Assembly: GCA_001823505.1 (NCBI GenBank)
Contig: MHUS01000010.1
Coordinates: 39,785-77,362 of the forward strand
Source of the DNA: Candidatus Yonathbacteria bacterium RIFCSPHIGHO2_01_FULL_51_10
Lineage (GTDB): Bacteria; Patescibacteriota; Minisyncoccia; Phycocordibacterales; UBA1539_B
Direction of reading: 5' to 3'
Length of the DNA: 37,578 nt
Part shown: positions 14,881 to 24,469 of the stretch, one piece after another
How the letters are laid out: each line of letters starts with the position of its first letter
How positions within the stretch are numbered: position 1 is the stretch's first letter
Translations under genes and position numbers: made by a program
Notes under the pieces: generated by a model
Told to the model about the DNA's origin: nothing
What the model saw: the letters and a program-made list of their open reading frames with translations, nothing else
Database searches by the model: none

Positions 14881-16227
14881 TTAGCCTATGCGTGACAACC
14901 TGAAACCTTTTGGCGTATCCATCACCTCATATCCAAGGGTGGTAAGCTCGGCACGAATTGCATCGGCGCGTTTCCAGTCCTTCGCACTGCGCGCTTCCTC
15001 GCGCTTCGCGGCAAGGAGAGCAACTTCTTTTGGAACAGGATCTTTTTTGAGTCCCTTGAGGCCGAGTCCGAGCACCTCATCGAAAACAACGAGGGTGGCC
15101 CGCTTGTTGTGTGCCGCTATTTTTTTGTCCTTGACCAATTGCCAGACCACAGCGAGTGCTTTTGGGGTATTGAGATCATCCACGAGCGCATCAAAAAATT
15201 TCTTTCTGTATGAAGTACTGATTACACCTTTTGCCTTCGGGAGTTCCAGAAACGCATTTTGGAGCTTCTCGAACGCATGCTGTGCGCCCGTGAGTGCCTC
15301 CCAGGTGAAGTTCATCGTTGCGCGGTATTGCGTCCCAAGAACAAGATAGCGAAATGCGAGCGAAGAGAATCCGTGCTCGCGGATACTCGCAAGTGTTATG
15401 ATGTTGCCAATGGACTTGGACATTTTTTGGCCATCTACCATCACGAATGCCGTATGGACCCATGCTCGCACGAATTGCCTTCCTGTTGCCGCCTCAGACT
15501 GGGCGACCTCGTTCGTGTGATGCGGAAAAATGAGGTCGATGCCCCCGGTATGGATATCGATGGTCTCTCCAAGTTTCTCCATTGCCATCGCTGAGCACTC
15601 GATATGCCATCCCGGTCTGCCTTTCCCAAATGGCGCGTCAAAGCTGTTCTCGCCGTCCTCCGGTGTCCAAAATTTCCACAATGCGAAATCCCGCGCATCA
15701 TTTTTGGCATACTCATCGCTTTCAATTCGTGAGCGTGTGCGCGCATCAATCTTTAATCGAGCAAGGCGGCCATATCCCTTGGATTTTGAAATATCAAAAT
15801 AAATTCCGGCTTCAGTGCGATACGCATACCCATTGCTGAGAAGCTTTTGTATCAGCTTCACCATTCCCTTAATGTGACCAACGGCGTGGGGGAGAATACC
15901 CGGGACTTTTATTCCAAGACTTGCGGTGTCCTCCAAAAATAGGTCTTCGTAACGTTTGGTGAGCGCCGAAAGGGGAACGCCTTCTGCGATGCTCCGCTTA
16001 ATCGTTTTATCATCAATGTCGGTGATATTCATCACGTGCTTTACTTTGTATCCTGCTGCCTCAAGTGCACGTTTCAAAATATCATTGCTGATAAATGCCC
16101 GAAAATTCCCAATATGCGCAGAATCATACACCGTCGGTCCGCAGCTATACATAGAAACACGCCCCTTCATGAGGGGTTGGAAGATCTCCTTCTTGCGGGT
16201 GAGCGTGTTGAAAAATCTTAAAACCAT
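14881..16227 (-). CDS. cysS: cysteine--tRNA ligase
   Basis: HIGNFR (HIGH) and KMSKS motifs. ATG 16227 (MVLRFFNTLTRKKE) is preferred. The ORF-track extension to 16293 lies inside corA. There is a 10-nt overlap with the corA stop. Confidence 0.95.
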   Translation of the reverse strand: MVLRFFNTLTRKKEIFQPLMKGRVSMYSCGPTVYDSAHIGNFRAFISNDILKRALEAAGYKVKHVMNITDIDDKTIKRSIAEGVPLSALTKRYEDLFLEDTASLGIKVPGILPHAVGHIKGMVKLIQKLLSNGYAYRTEAGIYFDISKSKGYGRLARLKIDARTRSRIESDEYAKNDARDFALWKFWTPEDGENSFDAPFGKGRPGWHIECSAMAMEKLGETIDIHTGGIDLIFPHHTNEVAQSEAATGRQFVRAWVHTAFVMVDGQKMSKSIGNIITLASIREHGFSSLAFRYLVLGTQYRATMNFTWEALTGAQHAFEKLQNAFLELPKAKGVISTSYRKKFFDALVDDLNTPKALAVVWQLVKDKKIAAHNKRATLVVFDEVLGLGLKGLKKDPVPKEVALLAAKREEARSAKDWKRADAIRAELTTLGYEVMDTPKGFRLSRIG

Positions 16228-17132
16228 CGTTTGTATTTGAAGAAACCAGCCGTAAGTGTGCCGATCGCGAGCATCAGTAAAATGACAACCCAAAAACCAT
16301 TTGGTCCTTCAACAACCGGCATATTGTCAGCATTCATGCCAAAAATAGCAGCCATCAGGGACAACGGCAACATGGTGAATGTCATGATCGTAAGCACTTT
16401 CATGGTCTCGTTCGTCTTTGTGGTCAACAGCGATGAATTTGTTGAACGGAGCTCGGTAAGCGTTTCTTTGTGCGCGTCCATGAGGCTTGCCACCTTGAGA
16501 TACTCGCCGGTAATAGCTCGCAGATAGTAGAGAAAGTCATCGCCAAACAATTTATGTCCGGCCAGTTCGAAGGAATCAAGAACGTCGCGGTGGTACCGGA
16601 TGGCTTGTTTGAAAGTGAGCAGGTCGCGGTTAATGCGCGAAAGCGTCTCAACCATCATTGCCTCCTCGCCCGAGAACATGCGCGCGGTGGCCTTCTCAAG
16701 TCGAGTGTCAACGAAGTCGAGTTCGTCGATGAGCGATTGATACAGCTCACGAATAATATAAAAGAAAATAAACCCGGCATGGTCTCCGATATTGCTCTTG
16801 TCGAGTATGGAATTAACTTCGAACACCTTCGAAAATTCATGGAGCGGATCGATCACCTCATAGTGCGTGGTGATGATGAATTTCTTCCCGATAATGAAAT
16901 CAACCTCTTGTTCCGTGCGCTTGCCATGCTTGTGAGTGATGGTAGGGAAGTGGAGGATGAGATAAATAAAGTCGCGATAGAGATCAACGCGGGGACGAAC
17001 GCTTAGCGACATGAGCTCATTGCCCAAGATCGGCGGGACGGAAAACTCTTCCATGACCACGCGCACTTCTTCTTCCGTTGGTGATTCAAGGTCAACCCAA
17101 ACAAGATCTTTGTAGGTGTAGCGGGAAATCAT
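16218..17132 (-). CDS. corA: magnesium/cobalt transporter CorA
   Basis: Cytoplasmic domain plus two C-terminal TM helices with a FGMN motif (AAIFGMNADNMP). Confidence 0.92.
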   Translation of the reverse strand: MISRYTYKDLVWVDLESPTEEEVRVVMEEFSVPPILGNELMSLSVRPRVDLYRDFIYLILHFPTITHKHGKRTEQEVDFIIGKKFIITTHYEVIDPLHEFSKVFEVNSILDKSNIGDHAGFIFFYIIRELYQSLIDELDFVDTRLEKATARMFSGEEAMMVETLSRINRDLLTFKQAIRYHRDVLDSFELAGHKLFGDDFLYYLRAITGEYLKVASLMDAHKETLTELRSTNSSLLTTKTNETMKVLTIMTFTMLPLSLMAAIFGMNADNMPVVEGPNGFWVVILLMLAIGTLTAGFFKYKRWF

Positions 17133-17163
17133 ACGATGTGATAATTAGCGACGCAGAGCGAGT

Positions 17164-17177
17164 AAAACGGGGAAAAT
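17164..17177 (-). promoter_or_regulatory. conserved 14-nt upstream motif ATTTTCCCCGTTTT (copy 2, upstream of corA)
   Basis: Exact copy of 14304-14317. It lies 31 nt from the corA ATG (17132). Confidence 0.5.
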
Positions 17178-17245
17178 ATTTTTTCTCGTTTTCGAGCCGA
17201 GGAGCTAATATAGGTTCAATACCTCTATTATACGCTCCCTCGCGT

Positions 17246-17274
17246 TTGACCACAAGTCTCGCCTCTGCCATAAT
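17246..17274 (+). promoter_or_regulatory. promoter of the S41 protease gene (leaderless-like geometry)
   Basis: TTGACC (17246-17251), 17 nt, CATAAT (17269-17274), then 6 nt to ATG 17281. No SD. Confidence 0.5.
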
Positions 17275-17280
17275 ACGCAA

Positions 17281-18567
17281 ATGTTCAAATTCTCGCGTAC
17301 CTCTTTTGCCGTTACCGTTATCGGGATCGGATCCATCATCATTGCTTTCAATGTCGGCTTTTCGGCCGGTACCTATGCCTATGGCGGGGCAACAAACAAC
17401 CAGTCAACGGCATCAACCACACCGCCCAACGAGTTATTTTCAGATATTTTTGCCGGACAGGGGGGTGAAGATACATCGGCCCCGCCGGGTATCGACCTCT
17501 CGGAGGTTTGGGCTGTCTGGCACCTCATTGATAGTAAATACGTTTCCACAACAGCGTCAACAACAGAAGATACTCCGGAGAGTCGCGTTGATGGAATGAC
17601 GGCAGGGTTAGTTGCATCGCTCGGTGATCCGTACACCGTCTTTATGCCTGCGAAGGAAGCGTCGTACTTCAATGAAGAGATCAGCGGCAACTTCGTGGGG
17701 ATCGGAGTAGAGATCGGAATGGACGACAACATCCTCACGGTCATCGCACCCCTTAAGGGAACGCCCGCCGCGCTTGCGGGAATTCTCTCGGGGGATAAGA
17801 TCATCGAGATCGATGGCATCCCGACCGCAAATATGGATACCGATGCGGCCATCACCCGTATTCGCGGAGAGGCGGGGACCACGGTCACGCTTACGGTGCT
17901 CCACAACGGCAGCGACACAACGGTAAAGATCCCTGTGAAGCGCGCCACCATCAACATCCCGACCGTAGAAACAGAGGCGCGTGCTGACGGCGTCTTTGTC
18001 ATCCATCTTTACAGCTTCTCGGCAAATTCACCCTCGCTTTTCCGTGATGCACTCCGCGAGTTCATTCTTTCGGGTGACTATATGCTCGTGCTCGACCTTC
18101 GCGACAACCCGGGAGGATACCTTGATGCCGCGGTGGACATGGCGAGCTTCTTCCTGCCGCAAGGAACAGTGGTCGCACGAGAAGATTTTGGCGGGAACAC
18201 CTCTGAAAATATTTACCGAAGCAAGGGCTACGATATTTTCACTGACCAACTCAAAATGGCGATCCTCATAAACCAAGGGAGCGCCTCTGCATCAGAGATT
18301 CTTGCCGGCGCTCTTTCGGAACATCATAAAGCGACCCTGATCGGCGAAAAGAGCTTTGGGAAGGGTTCGGTACAAGAGCTCGTACCACTCAAAGATGGCG
18401 CTTCACTCAAAGTTACCGTTGCTAAATGGCTCACCCCCAACGGGCACTCTCTTATTCATAACGGTCTTGATCCGCAAATAACCGTGATCACGACCAAGAA
18501 GGATGTTGAAGCGGGTATCGACCCGCAGCTCGAACGCGCGGCTCAGTTCTTGATCAAAGGATCTTAA
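17281..18567 (+). CDS. S41 family C-terminal processing peptidase (membrane anchored, PDZ domain)
   Basis: N-terminal TM, PDZ ([40 protein letters not shown]), [40 protein letters not shown]. Confidence 0.9.
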   Translation: MFKFSRTSFAVTVIGIGSIIIAFNVGFSAGTYAYGGATNNQSTASTTPPNELFSDIFAGQGGEDTSAPPGIDLSEVWAVWHLIDSKYVSTTASTTEDTPESRVDGMTAGLVASLGDPYTVFMPAKEASYFNEEISGNFVGIGVEIGMDDNILTVIAPLKGTPAALAGILSGDKIIEIDGIPTANMDTDAAITRIRGEAGTTVTLTVLHNGSDTTVKIPVKRATINIPTVETEARADGVFVIHLYSFSANSPSLFRDALREFILSGDYMLVLDLRDNPGGYLDAAVDMASFFLPQGTVVAREDFGGNTSENIYRSKGYDIFTDQLKMAILINQGSASASEILAGALSEHHKATLIGEKSFGKGSVQELVPLKDGASLKVTVAKWLTPNGHSLIHNGLDPQITVITTKKDVEAGIDPQLERAAQFLIKGS

Positions 18568-18578
18568 AATACAAATTT

Positions 18579-19028
18579 ATGAAAGTTATTTTCTTGCGTG
18601 ATGTGCCAAAAGTAGGAAAAAAGGGGGAAGCGAAGGATATATCAGACGGATATGCCCGCAACTTTCTCTTGCCACGCAAACTTGCTGAGATAGCCACGAG
18701 TGACGCACTCGCCCGACACCAGACCGCGCAAAAACATGTCGAGGAACAACGCGCTACAACCGAAGCAACCTTACGTAACCACATTGCGAAGCTCAAAGAT
18801 GCTGCACTTCACATAACGGCAAAAGCGAGCCCTCAGGGACATCTCTTTGCAGGTATCGGTGCAGCAGAGATCGCATCACTGGTGAAGAAAAATATCGGCA
18901 TAGAACTTGACGAAAAATTTTTCATACTTGATCACCCGATCAAGACCGTCGGCATCCACACCCTAGCTGTGCGTGCGGGCCGCATTGAGGGGACCGTCAC
19001 CGTCACGGTCGAATCCGCAGGAGCGTAG
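18579..19028 (+). CDS. rplI: 50S ribosomal protein L9
   Basis: [36 protein letters not shown], a canonical L9 N-terminus. Confidence 0.93.
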   Translation: MKVIFLRDVPKVGKKGEAKDISDGYARNFLLPRKLAEIATSDALARHQTAQKHVEEQRATTEATLRNHIAKLKDAALHITAKASPQGHLFAGIGAAEIASLVKKNIGIELDEKFFILDHPIKTVGIHTLAVRAGRIEGTVTVTVESAGA

Positions 19029-19046
19029 GGAAGATATCGCGACAGC

Positions 19047-19075
19047 AAAAAAGCCCCCGAGGCGGGGGCTTTTTT
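19047..19075. terminator. bidirectional intrinsic terminator
   Basis: AAAAAA GCCCCCG agg CGGGGGC TTTTTT between convergent rplI and rpmA. Confidence 0.8.
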
Positions 19076-19092
19076 GAACAACGATGCTCTAT

Positions 19093-19368
19093 TTATGAGA
19101 CTACATGGACGATGCTCCTGCGCTCAGTCTTGCCTGTGAAGGACGTTTTTCGTGTCACTGCGAAGGCAACCGTGCCATCCTGTGCCGCGAAGAGCGTATG
19201 GTCTTTGCCGACCGATATATTCTTGCCGGGGAGGATCTTTGTACCGCGCTGGCGGACAATAATGTTACCCGTTTTTACTTTTTCACCGGCATACCGCTTA
19301 ACCCCCAGGTATTGTGGGTTTGAGTCTCGAAGGTTATGCGCGGTTCCGCCTGCTTTTCTATGTGCCAT
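19093..19368 (-). CDS. rpmA: 50S ribosomal protein L27
   Basis: [44 protein letters not shown], canonical L27. Confidence 0.95.
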   Translation of the reverse strand: MAHRKAGGTAHNLRDSNPQYLGVKRYAGEKVKTGNIIVRQRGTKILPGKNISVGKDHTLFAAQDGTVAFAVTRKTSFTGKTERRSIVHVVS

Positions 19369-19397
19369 AAGTAACTAAAATGTGTATAATATGTCCC

Positions 19398-19790
19398 ATG
19401 AGTATACGGGATGTCCAGGAAAAAATCAAGGGCTCCGTGGTCCCGGTACTCCACAGGCATCGCGGGGACATTTTTGTCGGGGCGATCATACTTTTGGTTG
19501 CCTTTGTGGGGTTTGGCTTGGGACGCCTCTCGGTGACTCCGCAGACACTTTCGCCGGCCGCCCCTTCCGGAGTAACCCAAAATGCCAGTGTCGCCGTGGC
19601 GGCCAATACCCCTGTCTCGGACGGGGCGGAACAGCGAGTGGTCGCCTCAAAGAGCGGCAGCCGGTACCATTTACCGGATTGCCCCGGGGCGCTTCAGATC
19701 AGCGATTCGAACAAGGTCTGGTTTGCATCCCGTTCGGAAGCAGAGAAGGCAGGATACACTCCCGCCTCGAACTGTAAGGGATTACAATAA
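19398..19790 (+). CDS. membrane-anchored protein with C-terminal Ada-like/'sunset' metal-binding domain
   Basis: TM helix IFVGAIILLVAFVGFGLG. C-terminus SKSGSRYHLPDCPGALQISDSNKVWFASRSEAEKAGYTPASNCKG. ATG 19398 lies 7 nt after TATAAT (19385-19390). Confidence 0.7.
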   Translation: MSIRDVQEKIKGSVVPVLHRHRGDIFVGAIILLVAFVGFGLGRLSVTPQTLSPAAPSGVTQNASVAVAANTPVSDGAEQRVVASKSGSRYHLPDCPGALQISDSNKVWFASRSEAEKAGYTPASNCKGLQ

Positions 19791-19827
19791 AAATTATATT
19801 TAAATTTTAATCATTAACGAAACACCC

Positions 19828-20271
19828 ATGGAACGAAACGATCTCTCATACGGCATCATCCCACTCTTCCGCAGCGGGAACCAATGCATTCAACTCCTCA
19901 TCCAGGACCATCATGGTAACTGGGGCTTTCCCAAGGGACATCCGAAGGAAGGAGAGACCGGATTTGAAACGGCGCTTCGTGAGCTCTACGAAGAAACCGG
20001 CATCACGGACTGCAATCTTTTGCCGGGGATCTCATTTACTGACAACTATCAATACACCGCTGAAAATGGCGACAAGGTCAACAAAACAGTAACGTACTAC
20101 CTTGCTGCTGTTAACGATCCACGCATAGAGCAAAAAGATACCGATGGCGAGATCAAGGCGACACTATGGGCAGATGCCGAAACCGCGCTCAAGACTCTTA
20201 CGTTTGAAAATCGCAAGAAACTCATCAATGAAGTCCAACAATACCTCCACTCGCAAAATCTTATCCAATAA
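19828..20271 (+). CDS. NUDIX hydrolase (Ap4A-hydrolase-like)
   Basis: Nudix box GFPKGHPKEGETGFETALRELYEETGI. Confidence 0.9.
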   Translation: MERNDLSYGIIPLFRSGNQCIQLLIQDHHGNWGFPKGHPKEGETGFETALRELYEETGITDCNLLPGISFTDNYQYTAENGDKVNKTVTYYLAAVNDPRIEQKDTDGEIKATLWADAETALKTLTFENRKKLINEVQQYLHSQNLIQ

Positions 20272-20291
20272 CTTTTACCGCATCTCATTAT

Positions 20292-20885
20292 ATGATCGTT
20301 ATCGATGCAGAAATGTCTGGGCTTGATCCGCACGCAAATTCCATTGTCAGCGTTGGTGCTGTTGATCTTGAGGACCCCTCACGCCAATTCTACGGAGAGT
20401 GCCGCGTGTGGGAGGGTGCAGAGATCGATCCCGAGGGACTTGCGGTAAATGGCTTTAGTGAAGCACAGGTTCTTGACCCAAAAAAGAAATCTCTCGAGGA
20501 TCTTATGCGAGAATTTTTTGCGTGGATCGAAATTTCAACCGATCGAACACTCTGCGGACAGAACGTCGCACTTGATCGCAATTTTTTGAATGATTCATTT
20601 CGCCGTGCAGATGTGCCATTTCGTTTTGCTCACCGTAATGTTGATACGCACTCGGTTGCGTATGCATATTTTCGCTTACATGACACAGAGATCCCTCTTA
20701 AGGAGAGCGACAAGCAATCCGCGCTCTCGCTTGATAAGATCCTTGAAATGCTGGGTCTCCCGCCAGAGCCACGCCCCCACATCGCCCTAAACGGCGCCCT
20801 CCTTGAGGCCGAGGCCTTCTCGCGCATGGTCTACGGCAAAAATCTTTTGCCTGAGTTTGCGCAGTATCCGGTACTCAAGCCATAA
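20292..20885 (+). CDS. DEDD-family 3'-5' exonuclease domain protein
   Basis: Exo I VIDAEMSG, Exo II GQNVALDRNFL, Exo III region HIALNGALLEAEAF. The His is present, but the usual Asp five residues later is Gly. Confidence 0.75.
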   Translation: MIVIDAEMSGLDPHANSIVSVGAVDLEDPSRQFYGECRVWEGAEIDPEGLAVNGFSEAQVLDPKKKSLEDLMREFFAWIEISTDRTLCGQNVALDRNFLNDSFRRADVPFRFAHRNVDTHSVAYAYFRLHDTEIPLKESDKQSALSLDKILEMLGLPPEPRPHIALNGALLEAEAFSRMVYGKNLLPEFAQYPVLKP

Positions 20886-20898
20886 AATTCTTAACTGA

Positions 20899-20927
20899 TT
20901 GACAGACTGCTCCTCGTTCTGTATTGT
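20899..20927 (+). promoter_or_regulatory. sigma70-like promoter for the 313-aa membrane protein gene
   Basis: TTGACA (20899-20904), 17 nt, TATTGT (20922-20927). Confidence 0.5.
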
Positions 20928-20989
20928 ACAAAATAGTAAAAGCAGTAGTTATTCGACATTCCCGCGTCTCAACATCGGAGGATTACGTG

Positions 20990-21931
20990 ATGAATACATT
21001 GAAGAAGTGGTGGCACGGTCTGGCAATTGCGGTTGCGTTCATGTCAGGGTCGGCATTCGGTCTTTTGATCGGCGACACATGGTCGGCAGTTCTGTCGGGA
21101 GTGGCGCTTGCCGGAAGTATGGCATGGATCCTCACTTTGGACTGGACATTGTTCCATCTGCGCTTCAACGAGCTCTCAGCACGCATGTCTGTAGCAGGTG
21201 CCGGCAAAGCAATGGGCGGATTTTTGTTCGCACTTGGCAAATTTATCTGGTCAGTACCCTATAGCCTCGTGGTGAACGCGGCATATCGGCGACTCCTCGT
21301 GGCACTGGCATTTCTGGTTGGACTCGTAATGATTCAGTGGATGATCTGGGTTCCTATCCTCAATTTACTCCAAGAAGCAGAGGGGCGTGGAAACTTTCTT
21401 TCGCTTACTCTCAGTCTTGGGCTGTTGCTCCTTTCTCCTTCATTTCTCGCGTTCGTCATTGCAGGGGCAATTGTCTTTATCGCATCGCCCCGTGCCTACA
21501 GACACACGCCGGATAACAGTATGGCGGGACATGATCCCTTCGGAAGATTCATGTTTGATTGGCTGACGCAGTTTATTGAAAGCGAGAAAAGTACCACTTT
21601 CGCACTCATTGACCTCATACTGATACGAGGCTGGAATGCACTGCGAATGATTGTATTCCCGTTTGTCTTTGCTGTGTGGGGGACGTACGTCCTCGCCACA
21701 AAAAAGACCGGACTTTCAGCGTTTTGTGCCATGGGCTTAGTGTCCATCCAACTAGCAGTTTCGCATTGGTTTGGTGGCATCATTACCTCAAACCCAAACT
21801 TCTGGCTCCTGCTGGTTATTGGTGCCGGCGTCGGGGTGTGGCTTGGCGGGAAGATCCACGACGGGCTTGATGCGAAGATCTCTATTTGGAATTTTCAAAA
21901 ACCCAAGCTGACATTCGCGTCTCAACAATAG
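20990..21931 (+). CDS. hypothetical multi-pass membrane protein, 313 aa
   Basis: ATG 20990 is preceded by GGAGGA (20977-20982). About 8 hydrophobic segments. No family recognised. The ORF-track TTG 20924 lies inside the promoter. Confidence 0.7.
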   Translation: MNTLKKWWHGLAIAVAFMSGSAFGLLIGDTWSAVLSGVALAGSMAWILTLDWTLFHLRFNELSARMSVAGAGKAMGGFLFALGKFIWSVPYSLVVNAAYRRLLVALAFLVGLVMIQWMIWVPILNLLQEAEGRGNFLSLTLSLGLLLLSPSFLAFVIAGAIVFIASPRAYRHTPDNSMAGHDPFGRFMFDWLTQFIESEKSTTFALIDLILIRGWNALRMIVFPFVFAVWGTYVLATKKTGLSAFCAMGLVSIQLAVSHWFGGIITSNPNFWLLLVIGAGVGVWLGGKIHDGLDAKISIWNFQKPKLTFASQQ

Positions 21932-21949
21932 TCGTAGTGGTGTCAATGT

Positions 21950-21990
21950 AGCGGCGAGGATGGACAAACCATGCCTCGCCGCTTTTTTTT
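21950..21990 (+). terminator. intrinsic terminator
   Basis: AGCGGCGAGG / CCTCGCCGCT stem with a 14-nt loop, followed by T8. Confidence 0.8.
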
Positions 21991-22025
21991 CGTTAGTCTT
22001 TTAGAGGTCGGCCCTCCAAATTTTT

Positions 22026-23207
22026 TTAAATGTCGCCTTTCTTCTTCGTCGGCTTAAGCATCACGGTTTGTTTTTTTGTTCGGAAGGCGAGGATCTCTTC
22101 TTGCTCGGGGTCGGGTAGGGTAGGGAGAAGCTTCTCAAGTTTCTTTTCATCAGGCTCAAGTATTTTATTCCATACGCCGAGCTTTTGTAGAATTGGCTCG
22201 AGTTTTTCAATATCAAACGCCGTGCGATCAATAACACTCTTCGTGATATAGCCCGGACCGCCAAATACGCGATCAACTTTTTCCTGTTCCATATACCCGA
22301 GAATGATCCCGCGTAGTTCTGCAACTCGTTTTTTCTCAGTGTCGCCTTGCGCCTTAAGCTCAAAGAATTCTCTGATAGCCTCAGCAACTTCAGCTTCGTT
22401 CGGCGCAGGCATCTCCTCGCGCTTGTACTCATGCGACCACATGGGGCAGATCTTGCGATAGCCACAATAGTTGCAGAGCCCCGAGGGCATCGGGGGGAAG
22501 TTGTCTGTCTCGGTGCTTTTTTCTACGGCGCGGACTGTTTCAAGGATCGTCTTGCGGAGACGCTCAGCAGTGTCTTGAGAGGGGACCGTCGAGATCTTTT
22601 CGTTGTGCTTTAAAAAGTAAAGACTTGTCTTAATGCTTTCAGGTTTGAGGTGCGGCCAGCGATGAATGATGGCAAGGTGGTAAAGCCCCAATTGGAGGTT
22701 CTGCTCAAGATCTTTTTGTGAAGGCATCTTTTTCCCGGTCTTGTAGTCGATGATCTCGTACACATCGGACTCGGGATCTTTGTCAATGCGGTCAATGATA
22801 CCCGCAAGCGTGTGGATCTTGCCCGACACTTCATCAAGAAGCTCAATAGAAAACCGTCCTTCGAGCTCAATGACATTGAATGTCCACGGCTGATTTTTCT
22901 TATAAAAATTCTTAATGATCTTGACGCCTTCTTCAAAATATAATTTTTCTTCCGCATCTTTGTGTTCGGGGTCCGCCCATTCAATTTTAAGAGATTTTTC
23001 CTGGAATCGGTCTGTGTAAAAATTAATGACTTCATCGAGGGTGGGGTAGAGGGGGTTGTGCTCAAACATATATTTAAGCGCGGAGTGCACCAGGGTGCCA
23101 AACACCGCCTCAATGCGTTTGGGTGCTTTGATCTTATCGATGACCTGATATTTATACTTCCGAGGGCAGATCTTGTAGGTCTCAAGGGCGGAATACGACG
23201 TTCGCAT
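22026..23207 (-). CDS. PD-(D/E)XK nuclease (Cas4/AddB-nuclease-like, Cys-cluster type), 393 aa
   Basis: N-terminal YKICPRKY Cys, GIIDRID...YEIIDYKTGK (D...E-x-K core), LQLGLY, C-terminal CNYCGYRKIC triad. Confidence 0.85.
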   Translation of the reverse strand: MRTSYSALETYKICPRKYKYQVIDKIKAPKRIEAVFGTLVHSALKYMFEHNPLYPTLDEVINFYTDRFQEKSLKIEWADPEHKDAEEKLYFEEGVKIIKNFYKKNQPWTFNVIELEGRFSIELLDEVSGKIHTLAGIIDRIDKDPESDVYEIIDYKTGKKMPSQKDLEQNLQLGLYHLAIIHRWPHLKPESIKTSLYFLKHNEKISTVPSQDTAERLRKTILETVRAVEKSTETDNFPPMPSGLCNYCGYRKICPMWSHEYKREEMPAPNEAEVAEAIREFFELKAQGDTEKKRVAELRGIILGYMEQEKVDRVFGGPGYITKSVIDRTAFDIEKLEPILQKLGVWNKILEPDEKKLEKLLPTLPDPEQEEILAFRTKKQTVMLKPTKKKGDI

Positions 23208-23228
23208 TAACCTATTTTAGCACAAAAC

Positions 23229-23254
23229 AACCCCCCGTCTGAAGACGGGGGGTT
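23229..23254. terminator. intrinsic terminator after the 77-aa gene
   Basis: AACCCCCCGTC tgaa GACGGGGGGTT. On the minus strand it is followed by GTTTTGTG, and on the plus strand by TT. Confidence 0.65.
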
Positions 23255-23267
23255 TTCCGGTCTATGT

Positions 23268-23501
23268 CTACCGGTAACTGTGTCGCGGGGAGACCTTGCC
23301 GGCCAAATTCTTTAAGACTTTATCTGGTCCATCGATGGCCATACCAAGAAGGAAAAGTGGCCATAGAGGTGCGAGCACGAGACACATCCAGCTCGCTGTC
23401 AGAAAAAACGTACTCACGGTCTTTTCCTTCTTGTAAAACGAAACGAAAATAACTGCAAACACTAGGCCAAGCCTAATGCCCACTTCAAGGTAGTTTTGCA
23501 T
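23268..23501 (-). CDS. hypothetical small membrane protein, 77 aa
   Basis: ATG 23501 is preceded by AGGAGG (23510-23515, minus) at 8-nt spacing. Two hydrophobic segments. Confidence 0.65.
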   Translation of the reverse strand: MQNYLEVGIRLGLVFAVIFVSFYKKEKTVSTFFLTASWMCLVLAPLWPLFLLGMAIDGPDKVLKNLAGKVSPRHSYR

Positions 23502-23566
23502 TCTGTGCTCCTCCTAAGGTTAAAAAGGATTTAACAAAAAATGGAAACCTCGAACGTCCTTGTGGT

Positions 23567-23595
23567 ATTATATCACAAACGTTACTTTTTTGCAA
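23567..23595 (-). promoter_or_regulatory. sigma70-like promoter for the 77-aa gene
   Basis: Minus strand: TTGCAA (23595-23590), 17 nt, TATAAT (23572-23567). Confidence 0.55.
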
Positions 23596-23650
23596 TAGTA
23601 TGTATACGTAGTATTGGCGTGGGGAACCCGCTACCTGGTATGATAATGCG

Positions 23651-24469
23651 GTGAACACTCAACAGAAGGAATTCGTCCATATAATAAAGCGATTTTATAG
23701 GAAAAACCGGCGTGACCTGCCGTGGCGGAAGACGACCAACCCCTACAAAATCCTGGTGTCGGAGGTGATGCTTCAGCAAACGCAAGTGTCACGGGTGGAA
23801 AAGAAATATCCTGAATTTTTGCACGCATTTCCGACCATGCGCTCACTCGCAAAAGCTCCTACCGCAGACGTATTGAGGGTTTGGCAGGGGATGGGGTACA
23901 ATCGTCGCGCACTCGCATTGAAGAAGGCCGCAGAGGCCATTGTGAGCAAGTACAAAGGCAAAGTTCCCAACGACCCGGCACTCCTCGAGAAACTTCCCGG
24001 TATCGGTCCTTATACGGCACGAGCGATCTCTACATTTGCGTTCGATCAACCCGAGGTGTTCATCGAAACAAATATCCGGCGAGTGTACATTCACCATTTT
24101 TTCTCACTTGGATACCCGACGTCCAAGTTGGTACATGATACAGAAATCATGCTCCTGATCGAGACAACGCTCGATAAAAAGAATCCGCGAGAATGGTACT
24201 GGGCGCTCATGGACTACGGAGCGCACTTGTCTAAACAGGCCAAAAATCCCAATCGAAAAAGCGCGCATTACGTGAGGCAGTCAAAGTTCAAGGGGTCAAA
24301 CAGGGAAGTGCGCGGCAAGATCCTCAAGCTACTGACAGAGCGCCGTATCGTCACTGAGTCAACACTTACAAAATCCATACCACATGACAATCTCGCGCCA
24401 AATCTCATCGCGCTCGAGCACGAAGGATTCATTCAAAAACATGGCAAAACCTATACAATCAAAAATTAG
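23651..24469 (+). CDS. HhH-GPD DNA glycosylase, MutY-like N-terminal domain, cysteine-free, 272 aa
   Basis: RDLPWRKTTNPYKILVSEVMLQQTQV, GMGYNRRA, LPGIGPYTARAI (HhH-GPD). There is no Cys anywhere, so no [4Fe-4S] loop. The short C-terminal domain is not MutT-like. GTG 23651 lies 6 nt after TGgTATGAT. Confidence 0.8.
   Translation: MNTQQKEFVHIIKRFYRKNRRDLPWRKTTNPYKILVSEVMLQQTQVSRVEKKYPEFLHAFPTMRSLAKAPTADVLRVWQGMGYNRRALALKKAAEAIVSKYKGKVPNDPALLEKLPGIGPYTARAISTFAFDQPEVFIETNIRRVYIHHFFSLGYPTSKLVHDTEIMLLIETTLDKKNPREWYWALMDYGAHLSKQAKNPNRKSAHYVRQSKFKGSNREVRGKILKLLTERRIVTESTLTKSIPHDNLAPNLIALEHEGFIQKHGKTYTIKN

Noticed and set aside
16228-16293. ORF-track N-terminal extensions of cysS (to 16293), gltX (to 27976), ftsW (to 30279) and trpS (GTG 36923).
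   Set aside because: The extensions overlap the preceding gene or promoter and add non-conserved residues. Internal ATGs give canonical N-termini directly after the upstream stop codon.
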